NCBI GenBank assembly: GCA_048013815.1
Contig: CM106586.1
Span: 14,694,001-14,758,000 of the forward strand
Length of the DNA stretch: 64,000 nt
Direction of reading: 5' to 3'
Source: Setoptus koraiensis
Lineage: Eukaryota; Animalia; Arthropoda
In this document: positions 25,701 through 37,380 of the stretch, piece after piece
How the letters are laid out: each line of letters opens with the position of its first letter
How positions within the stretch are numbered: position 1 is the stretch's first letter
The notes under the pieces: generated by a model
Seen by the model: the letters and a program-made list of their open reading frames with translations, nothing else
What the model was told of the DNA's origin: nothing
Databases searched by the model: none
Translations under genes and position numbers: made by a program

Positions 25701-27789
25701 CGACGTGCCACGGCTAATCATGATCACTAACTAACTTGTTAGGGCTGCCTGTTTGGCTTGCCTCTGGGCTCGGCCTGCTAACAACTGTAGCCAACTTATA
25801 GACCTATAATCCATCAATAACAATGCCAATGACAATGACAACAATAATTTAATCATGTTGCTAACTAATGCCAACTATCTGAAATCCAATCTCTCGCTCT
25901 GCCATCCACTGATTATACTCGCATCCAATCCAATCACAACTGATTTTGTCAGCTCAACTGATCATAATGATAATGATATTGCCATTATCATTATCTTTGC
26001 CTGCCTGCCTGCCTGCCAGCCCGTGCGATTTGCATGCTTTGCTAGTCTCTAAAGGTAACTCTTTATTTGTTAAAATCATTTGCATACTTGTCTGCACTTG
26101 ATCATTAGCTGCAACCTGATGACAGCCGACTATACGACGGATATGGTAGCTCACAATACGTGCCCATACACGAGCATGTACATGCTTGTATATGGGCTGC
26201 TATATATTGCCATATATTGCAGCTATACAACCAGCTATATATGTGGACCGCCAAGCGGCTGTTCCCTCAACTAGTTTCAGATGTGACTCGCACCAGGGCC
26301 CACTGGTCAGTGTGTGCGATTTGTGCGCTCTGGCGGCCGAAGCAGGCGCTTTTATGTGCACATTATAATGCACATAAAAGTGGGTCGCGAATCGAGACAA
26401 GTGCGGCGACAGTGAGTCTGGCGCGCACATTGCATATTATATATAATATATAATCTATGATATATATCGTATATTGTTGTTGTGTATTGTTGTGTGTTGT
26501 TGTGTATTGTGGTGCATGTATATGCCAGTATATGTGTGTCGTTGGTATATATACACCGATATGTGCCGACGGCTCAGCGGTGGCGGAATGGTCGCGACTC
26601 GCCAATATACTGACAATATTGTAAGGATATGCGAGCATATAGGTTTGCTTACGTAACACGTTCAGGCGGCCAGCGAGCCGAGGTGTCAATTTGTCGAGCA
26701 GCCAGCATGACAAATGATGGCCGGTCATCATCATCAGTGGCATACGGATCATGCGAGCAAACGATATCACGTCTCAAGTGATATAATCGATGTCGCCGGC
26801 CAGCATCACAAGTAAGTGCGCGAATAAGGCGCTCAGTCGACACAAGCACACAATTGACCGTGTCCGCTGTTGGTCGAGTGTCAAATTATTCTCGTTACGC
26901 AATTACTCAACTGGTCCCAGCACGTGCACCCAACTATGTAACTGTGTCCACGTCTGGCCAGATAATGCTGCCAGACACTGCCAGATACTCTCGGATACTC
27001 TCAGATACTCCCAGATACTCCCAGATAATACAAATGCCACAAATAGCAAATGGCACAAATGGTTAGTATTCCGACGTGACCCTCACTCGGCGAGCCCCAC
27101 TTTTTCTTGTTGCTCGCGTTGTTGTTGTTGTTGGTGCTGTCGCTTTGGCCAGTGGCTTTGTTGCTGCTTGTTTGCGTTGGTGGCTCCCCTTGGTCGCATC
27201 GTTTGCTGGGTCCCACCGTCATCTGGCCTTTGGCTCTGGGACAACTGTATCACCTCCGTGCTACAATAGACACTACCGACAGCAACAACAACCAGCCACA
27301 ACAACAACCAGCCACAACAACAACAGGCTACAACAACAACACCAACAGTGCCAAAGTCGACGTGTATCGCGCAGTGCCCCCAGGCGTGAATGTCGCCAAC
27401 TACGCCTTCGCGCGGCCCCTCCGACGACCAGAGTGCGCACAAACCACTCTCAGGCGCTACCCGTGGTCGGGTTTGCGCACCAAAATAAACATAGGCCACT
27501 CGTGATGGTCGCCAGTCGAAATAAACACACTCGAACGTCCCATGCGAACTGTGTTTATTTCGAAATTCGAAGCGAGCAAGTGCACCAATCGCAGCCCAAT
27601 CGCCCATTTGCAAGTTGTCGCGACCTATACACGAGTAAATTGTCACTCGCATCATATCATCATTACATTATATCACTATACAGCTTTCATACAGCTTTCA
27701 TACAGCTTTCACTAATCATATCATACATACTCGTTGTTATCAGCACAATTGATTGATTTTTTGTTTAAAATTTTTAAATATTTCTAACA

Positions 27790-28431
27790 ATGACCAACTC
27801 CGACAAGTTGTCCTTCTCCATTGAGAACATATTGTACAATAAGACATCCACGTCGCCTATATGCCAACAACAACTGCAGCAGCAGCAGCAACAACAACAA
27901 CAAAGGCACCCGATGCAATCAGTGGACCCCGCCTTGCTGTCCTATATGATTATGTGTGTCCAGCATCAGCAACTGCAACAACAAATTCACGAACAGCAAC
28001 AACAGCAACATCAGCAACAACTATTGCACCAACAGCACCTACATCAACAACAGCAATTACAGCACCTGCATCACCACCACAGACAGCAGCATCACAACAA
28101 CCACAATCTCAACACAAACAACAATCACCACCACCACCACCACCATCAGCAACCACCACAAGCACCGCCATCACATCAGCAGGCTCAACATGCGCCAGGC
28201 CAACAAGCGACACCGGTGTTGTCCCAGCAACAGGCGGCAGCGGCCCAACAAGCGGCTCAACAGCAACAACAACAACAGAGACAGATGAGCCATCATCAGC
28301 CACCGATGAAGACATGTTTGAATTGTCACCAATTGATACACCGGAACGCACCCATTTGTCCCATTTGCAAGACTAAAAGTCGATCTAACAAACCAAAGAA
28401 GTCTAAGAAGAAGCCCAAAATTGTTGTATAA
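27790..28431 (+). CDS. ZC4H2: ZC4H2-type zinc-finger protein, paralog A (213 aa): N-terminal eh1 motif, poly-Q/H region, C4H2 finger, single exon
   Basis: Same C4H2 finger as paralog B; LSFSIENIL eh1 motif at residues 7-15; in-frame TAA at 27775-27777 upstream of the ATG; AATAAA at 28461-28466. Confidence 0.85.
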   Translation: MTNSDKLSFSIENILYNKTSTSPICQQQLQQQQQQQQQRHPMQSVDPALLSYMIMCVQHQQLQQQIHEQQQQQHQQQLLHQQHLHQQQQLQHLHHHHRQQHHNNHNLNTNNNHHHHHHHQQPPQAPPSHQQAQHAPGQQATPVLSQQQAAAAQQAAQQQQQQQRQMSHHQPPMKTCLNCHQLIHRNAPICPICKTKSRSNKPKKSKKKPKIVV

Positions 28432-28493
28432 TTAGCATTGATTCTTTATGCGATGAAATGAATAAATATAAGTGTATTCATATTGATAACAAT

Positions 28494-31400
28494 CTAATTT
28501 AATATATTTTTGTTGTTGTTTTTTTTCGATGATGATGATCCCATGTTCAATATCTTTCTTACGTCCTCATTTAATGGGTCGAATGTTATATCAAGGAACA
28601 ATTCTTGCAAGAACCTTCTTGATAGTAGAGGGAAATTGTAAGTTGCTAATTGTTGGCAAACATCAGAATATAGACACAGGTCGTGCTGAAATAACAGTCC
28701 ATATTTGCGCTTCAGATTGAGCAATGAGTTCTCAACCTTTTCCACTGATTCGAAGAAGGACGAACTAAAATTGCCTGTCACCAAAAAGTATGATAGACGT
28801 AAAACCTCACGTCGCACTTGTGATAACTGAGAAGGTGTAAAGTTTGCTCCTAACATACTTATAGGCTCGTTAGCTAATTTCGAGGTCACAGGCGTATTAG
28901 CCGAGGGTGTACCTTCATGATGTGATTGAATGGGAACATTATTGTTGTCAGCTATTGCTTTAGATGTGGTTGTTGGAGCATTCACAGAAATAGGTCCACT
29001 CGCACCACATAAACTGCCTATAATAGAGTCTCTATCACTTTCGGATCCTGGCACTTCCTTGATATTTGATGAGATCTTTCTTGTTGTTGCCAATCTAGAC
29101 GATGATGGTGCCGAAACGAATGGTGTTGAAGTTGATATTGGTATTTGTAGCGATGGTGGCATATCTGACACGTTATTATTATTGTTTGGCAAATTGCAAC
29201 AAAAAAGACAATTAGTTCTCTTATGCGTATCATTGTAGGTGCAACTAGAAACTGTCATATTGCTGTTTAGATGTGAATTCATTATGGCTGATCCTCTCAT
29301 GTTGTTTGTAGCCGATGTCGATTGACCTGAGGCGACAGTGGACGACGACAAGTAGTTATCCGATGTAAGACCAGCGACAAGGTTAAGCTCTGGACCATTA
29401 GTGTTGTTGTGTGCAACAGATTCGGAACGATTAGTTGAATCTTGGATGTTTAGATCTTTGTCATCAGGCTTAACTAGAACCTGATCTAAATTAAGGGGCA
29501 AGGCTAGCCTTTCTTTTTGCATTGCGATCCAATTCTTTGTTTTCAAATGTTCGGCTCCTTCCTCGGTTGAAGCTAATAAGCCCAGAGCGTTGAAGGCTGT
29601 GCCTCTTAAAGACAAAACTTTCGAATATCTTGCAATATCGACAATTACAGATATAATCTCGACCTCGTCTAACAACTGGTAACCTCCTTCACTAGATCCC
29701 ACGTGTCCAATTACCCATAAGGCTGCTTTTAGTTTCAGAACATTCAATTCGCTAGTTTCCAGGTCGCTTGGAGGAGATTTTATGATGTTGTAAAAGGGCT
29801 CCAATAAATTCCTATTCACCAATATTTGTACACCGTCGGCATGTTGAGCTAACTGGCCGTACAAGTGACATGGTAAGTCAGAATTCTTCGTCAAAGGATT
29901 TATTTTGTCGATTCTTCTTCCATACCGGCCATCCTCACTTTTCTGATGGTAAGTCAATGAGTTGTTCAATACATCTTCCACTATCTTGACGTATCTATAA
30001 TTGTATATTTTTATCCACTTGTTTAATTCATAATCGAACTCAGTGATTCTTTCGAGGAGTTGTTCGCCAGTTGATTGAATGGAACCGTTCACACGATAGG
30101 TTGGCGATAGATCACTAGCATTATCAATTGAATTTTGCACTGATGAGGATGTCATATGGTCAAGAACTAGAGGACTAGAATTAAATTTATGAGGAGTTTC
30201 CATCAAATACTTCAAACCCGTTATAGTTGAGGCAAATCTACACAACAGAATCACACCACTGTCACCACTTGACCTGAGAACCTGTATGATGTCCGTTTTA
30301 ATAAACTTGCAACGTAATGATGAGCTATTATCATCTTGCAACTTAGCTGAATGTTGTTGTTTTTGATTTTTTGATGTTGTACCATCGAGTATGGGGGATT
30401 CTGTCGTACTTATAGGTGTAATGATATGCCTTAGTGCAATCAAACCTTCAAGATTCTCATTGAGATCACAAGCCTCGTCCAGTATTTCGGCAGCCGAATG
30501 ATGCACAATCCTACTTGAATTATTCAACTGTCTAACCAATAATTCTATACACCAAGTGGAAAAATCTTTGACTTTTGCTCTCAATAAGACACGGATGAAA
30601 TTTGTTGCATAGATACGAACATTTTCCTCGGGGTGTTCAAAAAGAAACTTTTCCAACAGTTTACGCGACCCGTTAAATTCTTTGGTATAGTCGAAACATG
30701 ATATTATGAGCCTAACGTGCACCTCAGCTGGCGAAGATGGATTCTGGATAGATAATTGTATCAAGTTGTTTATTAGACTAATGATACCTGTCTTGATTAA
30801 TAGTTGATAGCCTTTTGTTGTGCTAGATAACCGGCCAATGAAAAGGAAATAACTGCTACTAAGAGTGCTGATCAATTTTGACGAGCTTGTCATGTCACAA
30901 GTAGGCAAATTTTGACCATCTACCAGAGACATGGATTGTGCTATATCATTCAATAGTTCCTCTAAGAAATCTGATGTTTTTGAATCTTCGCATTCAATAA
31001 GAAAATCAATCAAATGACACCCGGTTTCACAATATTGACGTGCTCTTTCATTGTTGATATCTACTGTTGAGTATTGATTTGAGGAGGGCTTGAAAAAGTG
31101 TATTAGACGCTTTATGAAGGTTTTGTGCAATTGAGTTGAGAGTGTCTTGAGAGACTCGCTAGGACGATTTAATGAACAACCAATAACATACCAATCCCAT
31201 TCTTGCCAATCTTGCAACATAGATTGTTGGGATTGATGGTGCGGAGCTGGTAGTTGCTGTTGTGGTTGCACATTGCCGGTAAACTCTTGATCTGCATTGG
31301 ATAGATTCATCAATTTAATAGTAGCTTGGAAGGATTTATCTCCTTTATCTGGGCGAATGTACTGCTGGAATTTCATTTTGCCAATAGCAAATTTCGAATA

Positions 31401-33066
31401 AAGAGTAGGAAAATGGCCTCCTTGCGGAGAGGTTGGGGTATTCTTTGTTGGTGTCTTAGCGGTGCCTTGACTGGACGGAGTAGAACTATTAGATGATGCA
31501 TAATTGGCTGATGATGGTTGATTATTTAAGGCTGACGTAGATGGTTGGTAGTTTGGATAGAGAGGCAAACTAGGTGGCCTAATGCTAGGATGCATAATAG
31601 ATGATGATACCGATGATAATGTGGATGTGGAAGATGTGGATGACATAGATGATGATCGAGTTGATGTGCTCTTAAGATGATTGCTACTCTTTGCTTTTGG
31701 ACTGGGGTTGCAAAATTGCAAGATCTGACTCAAAAATAGACTACATTTTGGCAATGATTCGGATGATTTTTTCAAACCATGTATCCTATCAAGATTCGTA
31801 AGGGCTGCATTAGCTAGATCACGGTGTTCCTCTGATTTGGAAGTTGCTGCGGCTATTAAAGTTGGTAATGATAAATATTTACTTATACAATCGGGCGGTA
31901 GATATTTACTTGATAGTTGAAGCAACTGTCCAAGTAATATTGTCGCTCTAAAAGAATTTTCCTGGCTAGACGAACTTACAATAACAACGCTCAAAGCATT
32001 AACTATATCACAATGAAAGAGAGCTAACAATAGTAAGGCCATGTAGTTAGTAACCAAACTCATACGACTCCTGGTTCGTACAGGGGATAGGATACATTTC
32101 GCCTCATCAACAACAAATGCATCATGTATTTTCCAAGAATCTCTTGATATTTGATTGATTTCCAATGATTTAAGACCAACTTCAAAATTATTGGTCCAAT
32201 CTGGTAACGGTAGTGACAGTAACTCTGAAACCAAATCAATCAATCTACGCCTAATTTCATTGTAAGGCAGGTAGAGCATACTAATCAAAGATTCTAGACA
32301 GTTTTTTGAAACGGTATCCTTTGGTGGTGTCTGATCGTTGAGATAAACTAAACCAGGCCATGAACGCAATATTGAGATCAGTGTATTCTTTGCCGTAGTA
32401 AATCTATTTTCTGGATTCTTATTCTCCGATGAATCACTGTAAGCTATCCTTCTATCTGCCCTTTGGTGTTTGTTCATATGCGGATGCCTAGGTTTTTCTA
32501 TTTTCTCATCAAATAGAGGTGCTGTGTAATGAGAGTCAGTGAATGGCGCAGCAAATATTTGCATGTCCAAATCGCCCCGTATCAGTTGCCTGTATTTCGG
32601 CCAGTTAAGCATGTACAATAATGTCGATACGAGGCTCTCTGATATACTGTGAGGTTGATTATATGGAGCGAGGGCCGCATGTAATATTATGTTAAAGGCA
32701 CGATTTCTGGTATCTATTGTTGCAGCTTCAGGATTCAAAATAGCTAGCTCGGCCAACAGAGCCCAGCACACCCTAGTAAGATTATCCTTATGGGGTATGC
32801 CATCTTGAGCTATCGCGATCATTGATCGTGTAAATGCCCTAGGAAATAAATGTGGTGTGATAGATAGTATCTTTCGAACTAATCTGAGTGCTTGATGGCG
32901 CTCCTCATCGTTACCCAATACAACATCAATAGATCTAACAATTAATAAATGTAAATTAATCTTGAGGAGAGCTTGAACGGCTTGCTCATCTTTCAATAAA
33001 TATCTTATTGCACGTAGACCGGCTGCTCTGACCTCATATGTTTCGTGGAATAGGGCCGTCCTTAAA
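28494..33066 (-). CDS. Rictor: Rictor (TORC2 subunit), main exon 2; whole protein about 1578 aa
   Basis: LRTALFHETYEVRAAGLRAIRYLL matches human CLRLALLNEAKEVRAAGLRALRYLI. Also LKAALWVIGHVGSS, SLRGTAFNALGLLA, and C-terminal Zn ligands HKRTNCLFC and DLCLYSDV...RRFLQELF. Acceptor ...catatcatcag at 33067-33069, phase 2. Confidence 0.97.
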
Positions 33067-33205
33067 CTGATGATATGAAGCGACGTATAATAACAACAAT
33101 AGTATCATGCAAGTTGATTGAGAGAGAAATCAATGTATTTGTTAGATAATACTAATAGCGATACGAGGGCATCAGGTTTTGACTATTGTGACCATCATTA
33201 CTTAC

Positions 33206-33369
33206 CAGCAGAGGATCTCGCCTAAGGTCAATCTAGATTTTGACGGATCGCATATCGCAGGGCATGACTGAAGCAGCCGGCAGAAACTATTCAATGATGT
33301 CAGATTGTGTTTCTTCGAGGATGTAGAGACTAGAGATATTAATAGATCTAGCACTCTTGTTTCCTCCAT
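33206..33369 (-). CDS. Rictor: Rictor exon 1 (MEETRVLDLL...TLGEILC), followed by a 139-nt GT-AG intron 33067-33205
   Basis: Donor TG|gtaagt at 33205; phase 2 joins to give ILCC-LRTAL. HNLTSLNSFCRLL resembles human KLGHLNNFTKLL. A possible acceptor (ctcttag) just before the ATG leaves room for a short upstream exon. Confidence 0.85.
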
Positions 33370-33829
33370 GGCTAAGAGATGAGTAATTCATAAAATGTGG
33401 ATACATCCATATCATTCATGATATATCATAAATGGTTAGGGAAAAAGTCAAGATATTTGTTTTTTACCAATTCCTTCATGTACCGTGTGATCGCTTTCCA
33501 ATGTCCAAAACATCAATGTGATGACAATCCGCTAGGTGCGCTCGCGACGCTCTACAATGTACAGGGAAGTTGAGTGTGTTTCGTTAAATGTTTCTTTTTT
33601 CTCGATTGCCCCATTCAGCGTGCACAGGATCGTGAGCAGTTTTTGATGCCATGATCTACTCTATTGCTGACGGATTCGTTCTTGGGCAATTGTAGTATAT
33701 AACGATTTCGTCAACTGCACTCTACCCGAATGATGAAAGCGTAGAAGCGCCGCCCTCGTGGGACGTTTTCGCATCGACTTTTTGGACACTGGAAAACGAC
33801 CACACAGTAGAGGCAATATTTATTGTTTA

Positions 33830-33850
33830 CCAACTTTGCGCGCATGCGTG
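33830..33850. promoter_or_regulatory. GCGCATGCG NRF1/Ewg-like motif between the CTCF 3' end and the Rictor start
   Basis: Sequence gcgcgcatgcgt at 33838-33849 in an otherwise AT-rich spacer; motif match only. Confidence 0.3.
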
Positions 33851-34021
33851 ATGCGTGAGCGCTGAATTTAATATTAAATATTAATTGTTTTTTTTTAATT
33901 TTTTTTATTTATTATTATTTTAATCCATTTTGTTTTTCTTCATGTTATACAATAATACACTACACATTACCTAGTGCCTACATAGGTGTTCCCTCTTTTC
34001 TCTTTCCTTAGCAATAAATTT

Positions 34022-35971
34022 TTAATTTACATGTGTGGCTGGTATTGACAGAATTGCCTCATCTTCTTCATCATCATCTTTAAACCCAAAACACTCGCTA
34101 ACATCCTTCTGTTTTTCCAAGTGCTCTCTCATTTGCTTCTCAACCTCACTCATAGAAGTATCATGTACAATCATAACTGTTTGTTTATTTCCTGCCGGTG
34201 TTGTCGCTGACACCGTTGCACCTAAGGCAGATCCGCGGCTACCATTTGAAGCTTGAACAGTAATCGTAGAGTTAGTTGTTGCAGTTGTCTGCGATGAGGA
34301 CTGCTGATTAGTTAGGGTTGCATTAGCTGTTCCTCTGGCGGCACTCCTTGTGGATCTCCTCAGAGGTGTTGATGGATGCTCGGTAGTTTCCGGTTTATTT
34401 GTGGGGGCATTTTGGGCTTCGACCAGATCTACTCTGTTAGGGTCTGCTTGCTGATCGCCCTCTGGCTGGTTCTCTGCAGGTAATGGCACAACTTCGTAAA
34501 CAACAACTTGACCTTCGCCATTAACTTGCAAGAGTTGATTGTTTTGCGGATCATAACTGAAACTAATTGTCTGCTGGCCAGTCTCATCTCCTTCATATCC
34601 ACTTGCGTCACCTATGATTGCCGCGGACGAATCTTCATCTTCTTCATCGGAGCCAATCATTTGCGAATCATCCATATCTGTAAGATTTTTTGATGCATCA
34701 GGGTCATGGGTAACCATGTGACGCATTAAATTGCCTTTGTGTCTGAATGCTTTGTTACAAACGCCACATTCATGAGTTTTCTCTCTAGGTGTCGGTGGTA
34801 CATATGATGGATTATGATACAAGTTGCGATGTCTCTTCAACAATTGTTTTTGTCTAAATGATTGATCACACTCATCGCAAGAAAACGGTTTTTGATCGGT
34901 ATGTATGAGCATGTGTGAATCTAAATGACGAGATGATACCGAAGAGTATGAGCACAGCTCGCATTTGAAACATTTTTCTCCTTCATGTGTTTTAAGATGC
35001 AATTTGTATTGGTATCTATCAGGATATGCTTTATCGCAGCGTTTACATGTTAGAGGTTTCTCGGCCGTATGTAGCTTTTGAACATGTATACGTAAATCAG
35101 TTTTTCTACCACAAGTTGCTGGGCATTTGTCACACCTGTAAACAGGCTTATTACCGGAGTGTATAAGCCTGTGGGCCTTAAGTGAGTTGCTTTGTGTAAA
35201 TCTGGCGTGACACACATTACACTCGTACGGTTTCTCTCCAGTGTGAATTCTGAGATGTCTTTTCAACTTATATGTATCTGGACTTGCATAAGTGCAATGC
35301 TGACATTGATAAGGCCTTTCCCCAGTATGACATCGCATATGTCGTTTTAATTTTGACAACTCAACACTGGCGTAATCGCACTCAGAACAAGCGTGAGGTT
35401 TTTCGTGCGTATGCTTGTACCTAACGTGTCTAACTAATTCTCCTGAAGTTGTAAATTGCGCATCACAATCTTTACAATTGTGAGGTCTAACACCAGAGTG
35501 AGTATTAACATGATTTTGTAATGATGCAGCCGTTTTAAAGCCACGCTCACAAATACCACAACGATGTGGCCTATCCTCCGAGTGCGACTTCATGTGACGT
35601 GACAGCAAGTATCTCTTGTGTGTAGTATAATTGCAATAGTTGCACACATGCCGGTCAGAGGATCCCCTTTTGATCTTGCGCTTCTTGGAAGCGGTGGAAT
35701 TATTGATGGTATCTCCAGCGGTGTCCATATCATCTACTTCCTCATTGAGGTCCTCTTCGTCCTCATCTTCGTCCTCTTCGTCTTCGGCGTCATCGTCGTC
35801 AATGTGGCCCTCGGCATGATCAAAATCATAGATAGACGAATCATGGGGTTGTACCGTTGTTGCAGTTGGTTGCTGATACTGTTGTATTTGGGCTGGTATC
35901 AAAATAGTGGCGACGGGGCCAGCTTGTTCCTGGGTTTGTTGCGCATTGTCGTCCTGCTGCTGTTGATGCAT
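34022..35971 (-). CDS. CTCF: CTCF insulator protein, 11 C2H2 fingers, coding region intronless
   Basis: Eleven fingers with CTCF-diagnostic helices (FTTSGELVRHVRYKH, YASVELSKLKRH, YASPDTYKLKRH, FTQSNSLKAH, CGRKTDLRIHV, FRQKQLLKRH) and an N-terminal SIYDF cohesin-binding YDF motif. ATG at 35971; the track start at 35974 is GTG. Confidence 0.98.
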   Translation of the reverse strand: MHQQQQDDNAQQTQEQAGPVATILIPAQIQQYQQPTATTVQPHDSSIYDFDHAEGHIDDDDAEDEEDEDEDEEDLNEEVDDMDTAGDTINNSTASKKRKIKRGSSDRHVCNYCNYTTHKRYLLSRHMKSHSEDRPHRCGICERGFKTAASLQNHVNTHSGVRPHNCKDCDAQFTTSGELVRHVRYKHTHEKPHACSECDYASVELSKLKRHMRCHTGERPYQCQHCTYASPDTYKLKRHLRIHTGEKPYECNVCHARFTQSNSLKAHRLIHSGNKPVYRCDKCPATCGRKTDLRIHVQKLHTAEKPLTCKRCDKAYPDRYQYKLHLKTHEGEKCFKCELCSYSSVSSRHLDSHMLIHTDQKPFSCDECDQSFRQKQLLKRHRNLYHNPSYVPPTPREKTHECGVCNKAFRHKGNLMRHMVTHDPDASKNLTDMDDSQMIGSDEEDEDSSAAIIGDASGYEGDETGQQTISFSYDPQNNQLLQVNGEGQVVVYEVVPLPAENQPEGDQQADPNRVDLVEAQNAPTNKPETTEHPSTPLRRSTRSAARGTANATLTNQQSSSQTTATTNSTITVQASNGSRGSALGATVSATTPAGNKQTVMIVHDTSMSEVEKQMREHLEKQKDVSECFGFKDDDEEDEAILSIPATHVN

Positions 35972-37380
35972 CACAAATATCTAGTCTTAATAGCCTGCTA
36001 GTATTATGGATGAAATTGAGAAAAATGTAATCTATTTATATGCGGATAGGTATGTGTGATATATACGTATGTGTGTATGGTTGTGCAAAATATGTACGTA
36101 TGTATAAATATTTTCTGTAATTGGTGTGTGTGGTGAGGTGTAGTTTAGTAATAGTTTTTGTATTGATAATATTGATAATAATAGACAATGATGTTCATCG
36201 AGCGTTGCCAGTGGTAATAATTTAAGTATTATGATTCGGCCACAATTGGTTGTTGGTTGGCGTTGATTCGACAAAAGATAGTGTGCGATGATAAGGATAA
36301 TTAATTATAAAAGATGACGATAATAATATATCTTCCAGTGGTGATAGTGTAATACGATTTCGCTCGTTCTATTTTCACTCACACAGATGCATGGAAACAC
36401 CCATGAGCGACTTGAATTTGGTGTGTACAACATGTACTGTAGAGGGCATGGCGCTTCCAGTTGTGTGCGCCAGCTTAAGGGAGGACAGGCAGGCAGGCAC
36501 AAAAGCAAAATGGCGGCGGCCACCTTCAGTTACAGTCTGTAACTCACAGTTGGTGTTTGTGTGTGCGGATGGAATGCACACACGACAATTGCTACCAACT
36601 AAAATTAGTTCCGAATCGAAGCACTAGAGAGTCACCAGTGCACAACGCACAATACTGTTGCGCGGCGCGCATATTGAAACGGGGATAGCCAATTGCTGGC
36701 TCCTATGTGCATGCATGTGCTTCAGACACTGCTTACCCCGTGCGCAAGATGCAACTACAGCAGCATGCTGTATATGCGAAAGGACACACACAAATCGCCA
36801 TTTGTGTTCGAATTTGGCGCAATGCGCACTAGGATGACTCAAAGTGACTAACGATTGTGTGATTTGGCAAATCCATTGAGCAGTGTTGCCTTTACACTGT
36901 GTGGCAGTGGCTGCTGAACTTAGCGCAAATCTCACAGTTACTCATTTCGTGCCCCCCGCCACTCGGGTGTCGTACCCCGGTGTACGGAGCGCGGGTACTG
37001 GCTGTTTCGGCCCCCACAAACAAGAACATTCTTTTGGCGGTTGTAGTCTCTCTCGCCCCATTGGGCATTGCACACAACAACTCACGACTATCGCTCACCC
37101 AAAGTTCCCAATGCAAAAGATTGCAGGCTGCACAGAAGAAGCGCCGATGCACAGCGCTACACAAGCCATGTGTTGGTGTGTAGTCTGCAATTCTGTAAAG
37201 GGTGTTTCATTTCAAACGCACAAAAGCATTAATAAGGCTGCGGCTGCCTTGCACAGTGCATTTTTTTTCGATATTTGTCGATGCACTCTGGACGTTACAG
37301 TGGCGATATTTATTTAAATATCTATATATTTCTACATATATAAATAGACTGCACCACTCTCAATTTCATCCATAATAACA
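35972..37380. promoter_or_regulatory. Bidirectional promoter region between head-to-head CTCF and Top1, probably with a CTCF 5'UTR intron (~35995-36382)
   Basis: Divergent gene orientation; minus-strand donor gtgagt at 36377-36382 and acceptor tagcag near 35995; GCGC-rich patch at 36655-36835. Confidence 0.55.

Noticed and set aside
1-27700. Hundreds of 60-260 aa ORFs rich in Q, T, N, L, C or V in the left flank (and similarly at 42300-64000)
   Set aside because: They arise from (CAA)n/(TTG)n tracts and high GC, are open in several frames at once, often start at non-ATG codons, and show no recognisable domain.
33584-33652. 22-aa minus-strand uORF MASKTAHDPVHAEWGNREKRNI* resembling the BRK1/HSPC300 N-terminus (HQDWANRE)
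   Set aside because: The match is only about 9 residues, the frame stops, there is no donor site and the rest of BRK1 does not align; likely chance. A tblastn with BRK1 would settle it.
35618-36001. 127-aa hydrophobic + strand ORF
   Set aside because: Antisense shadow of the acidic CTCF N-terminus.
36806-36813. GTTCGAAT T-loop-like motif suggesting a tRNA
   Set aside because: No acceptor, D or anticodon stems can be folded around it.
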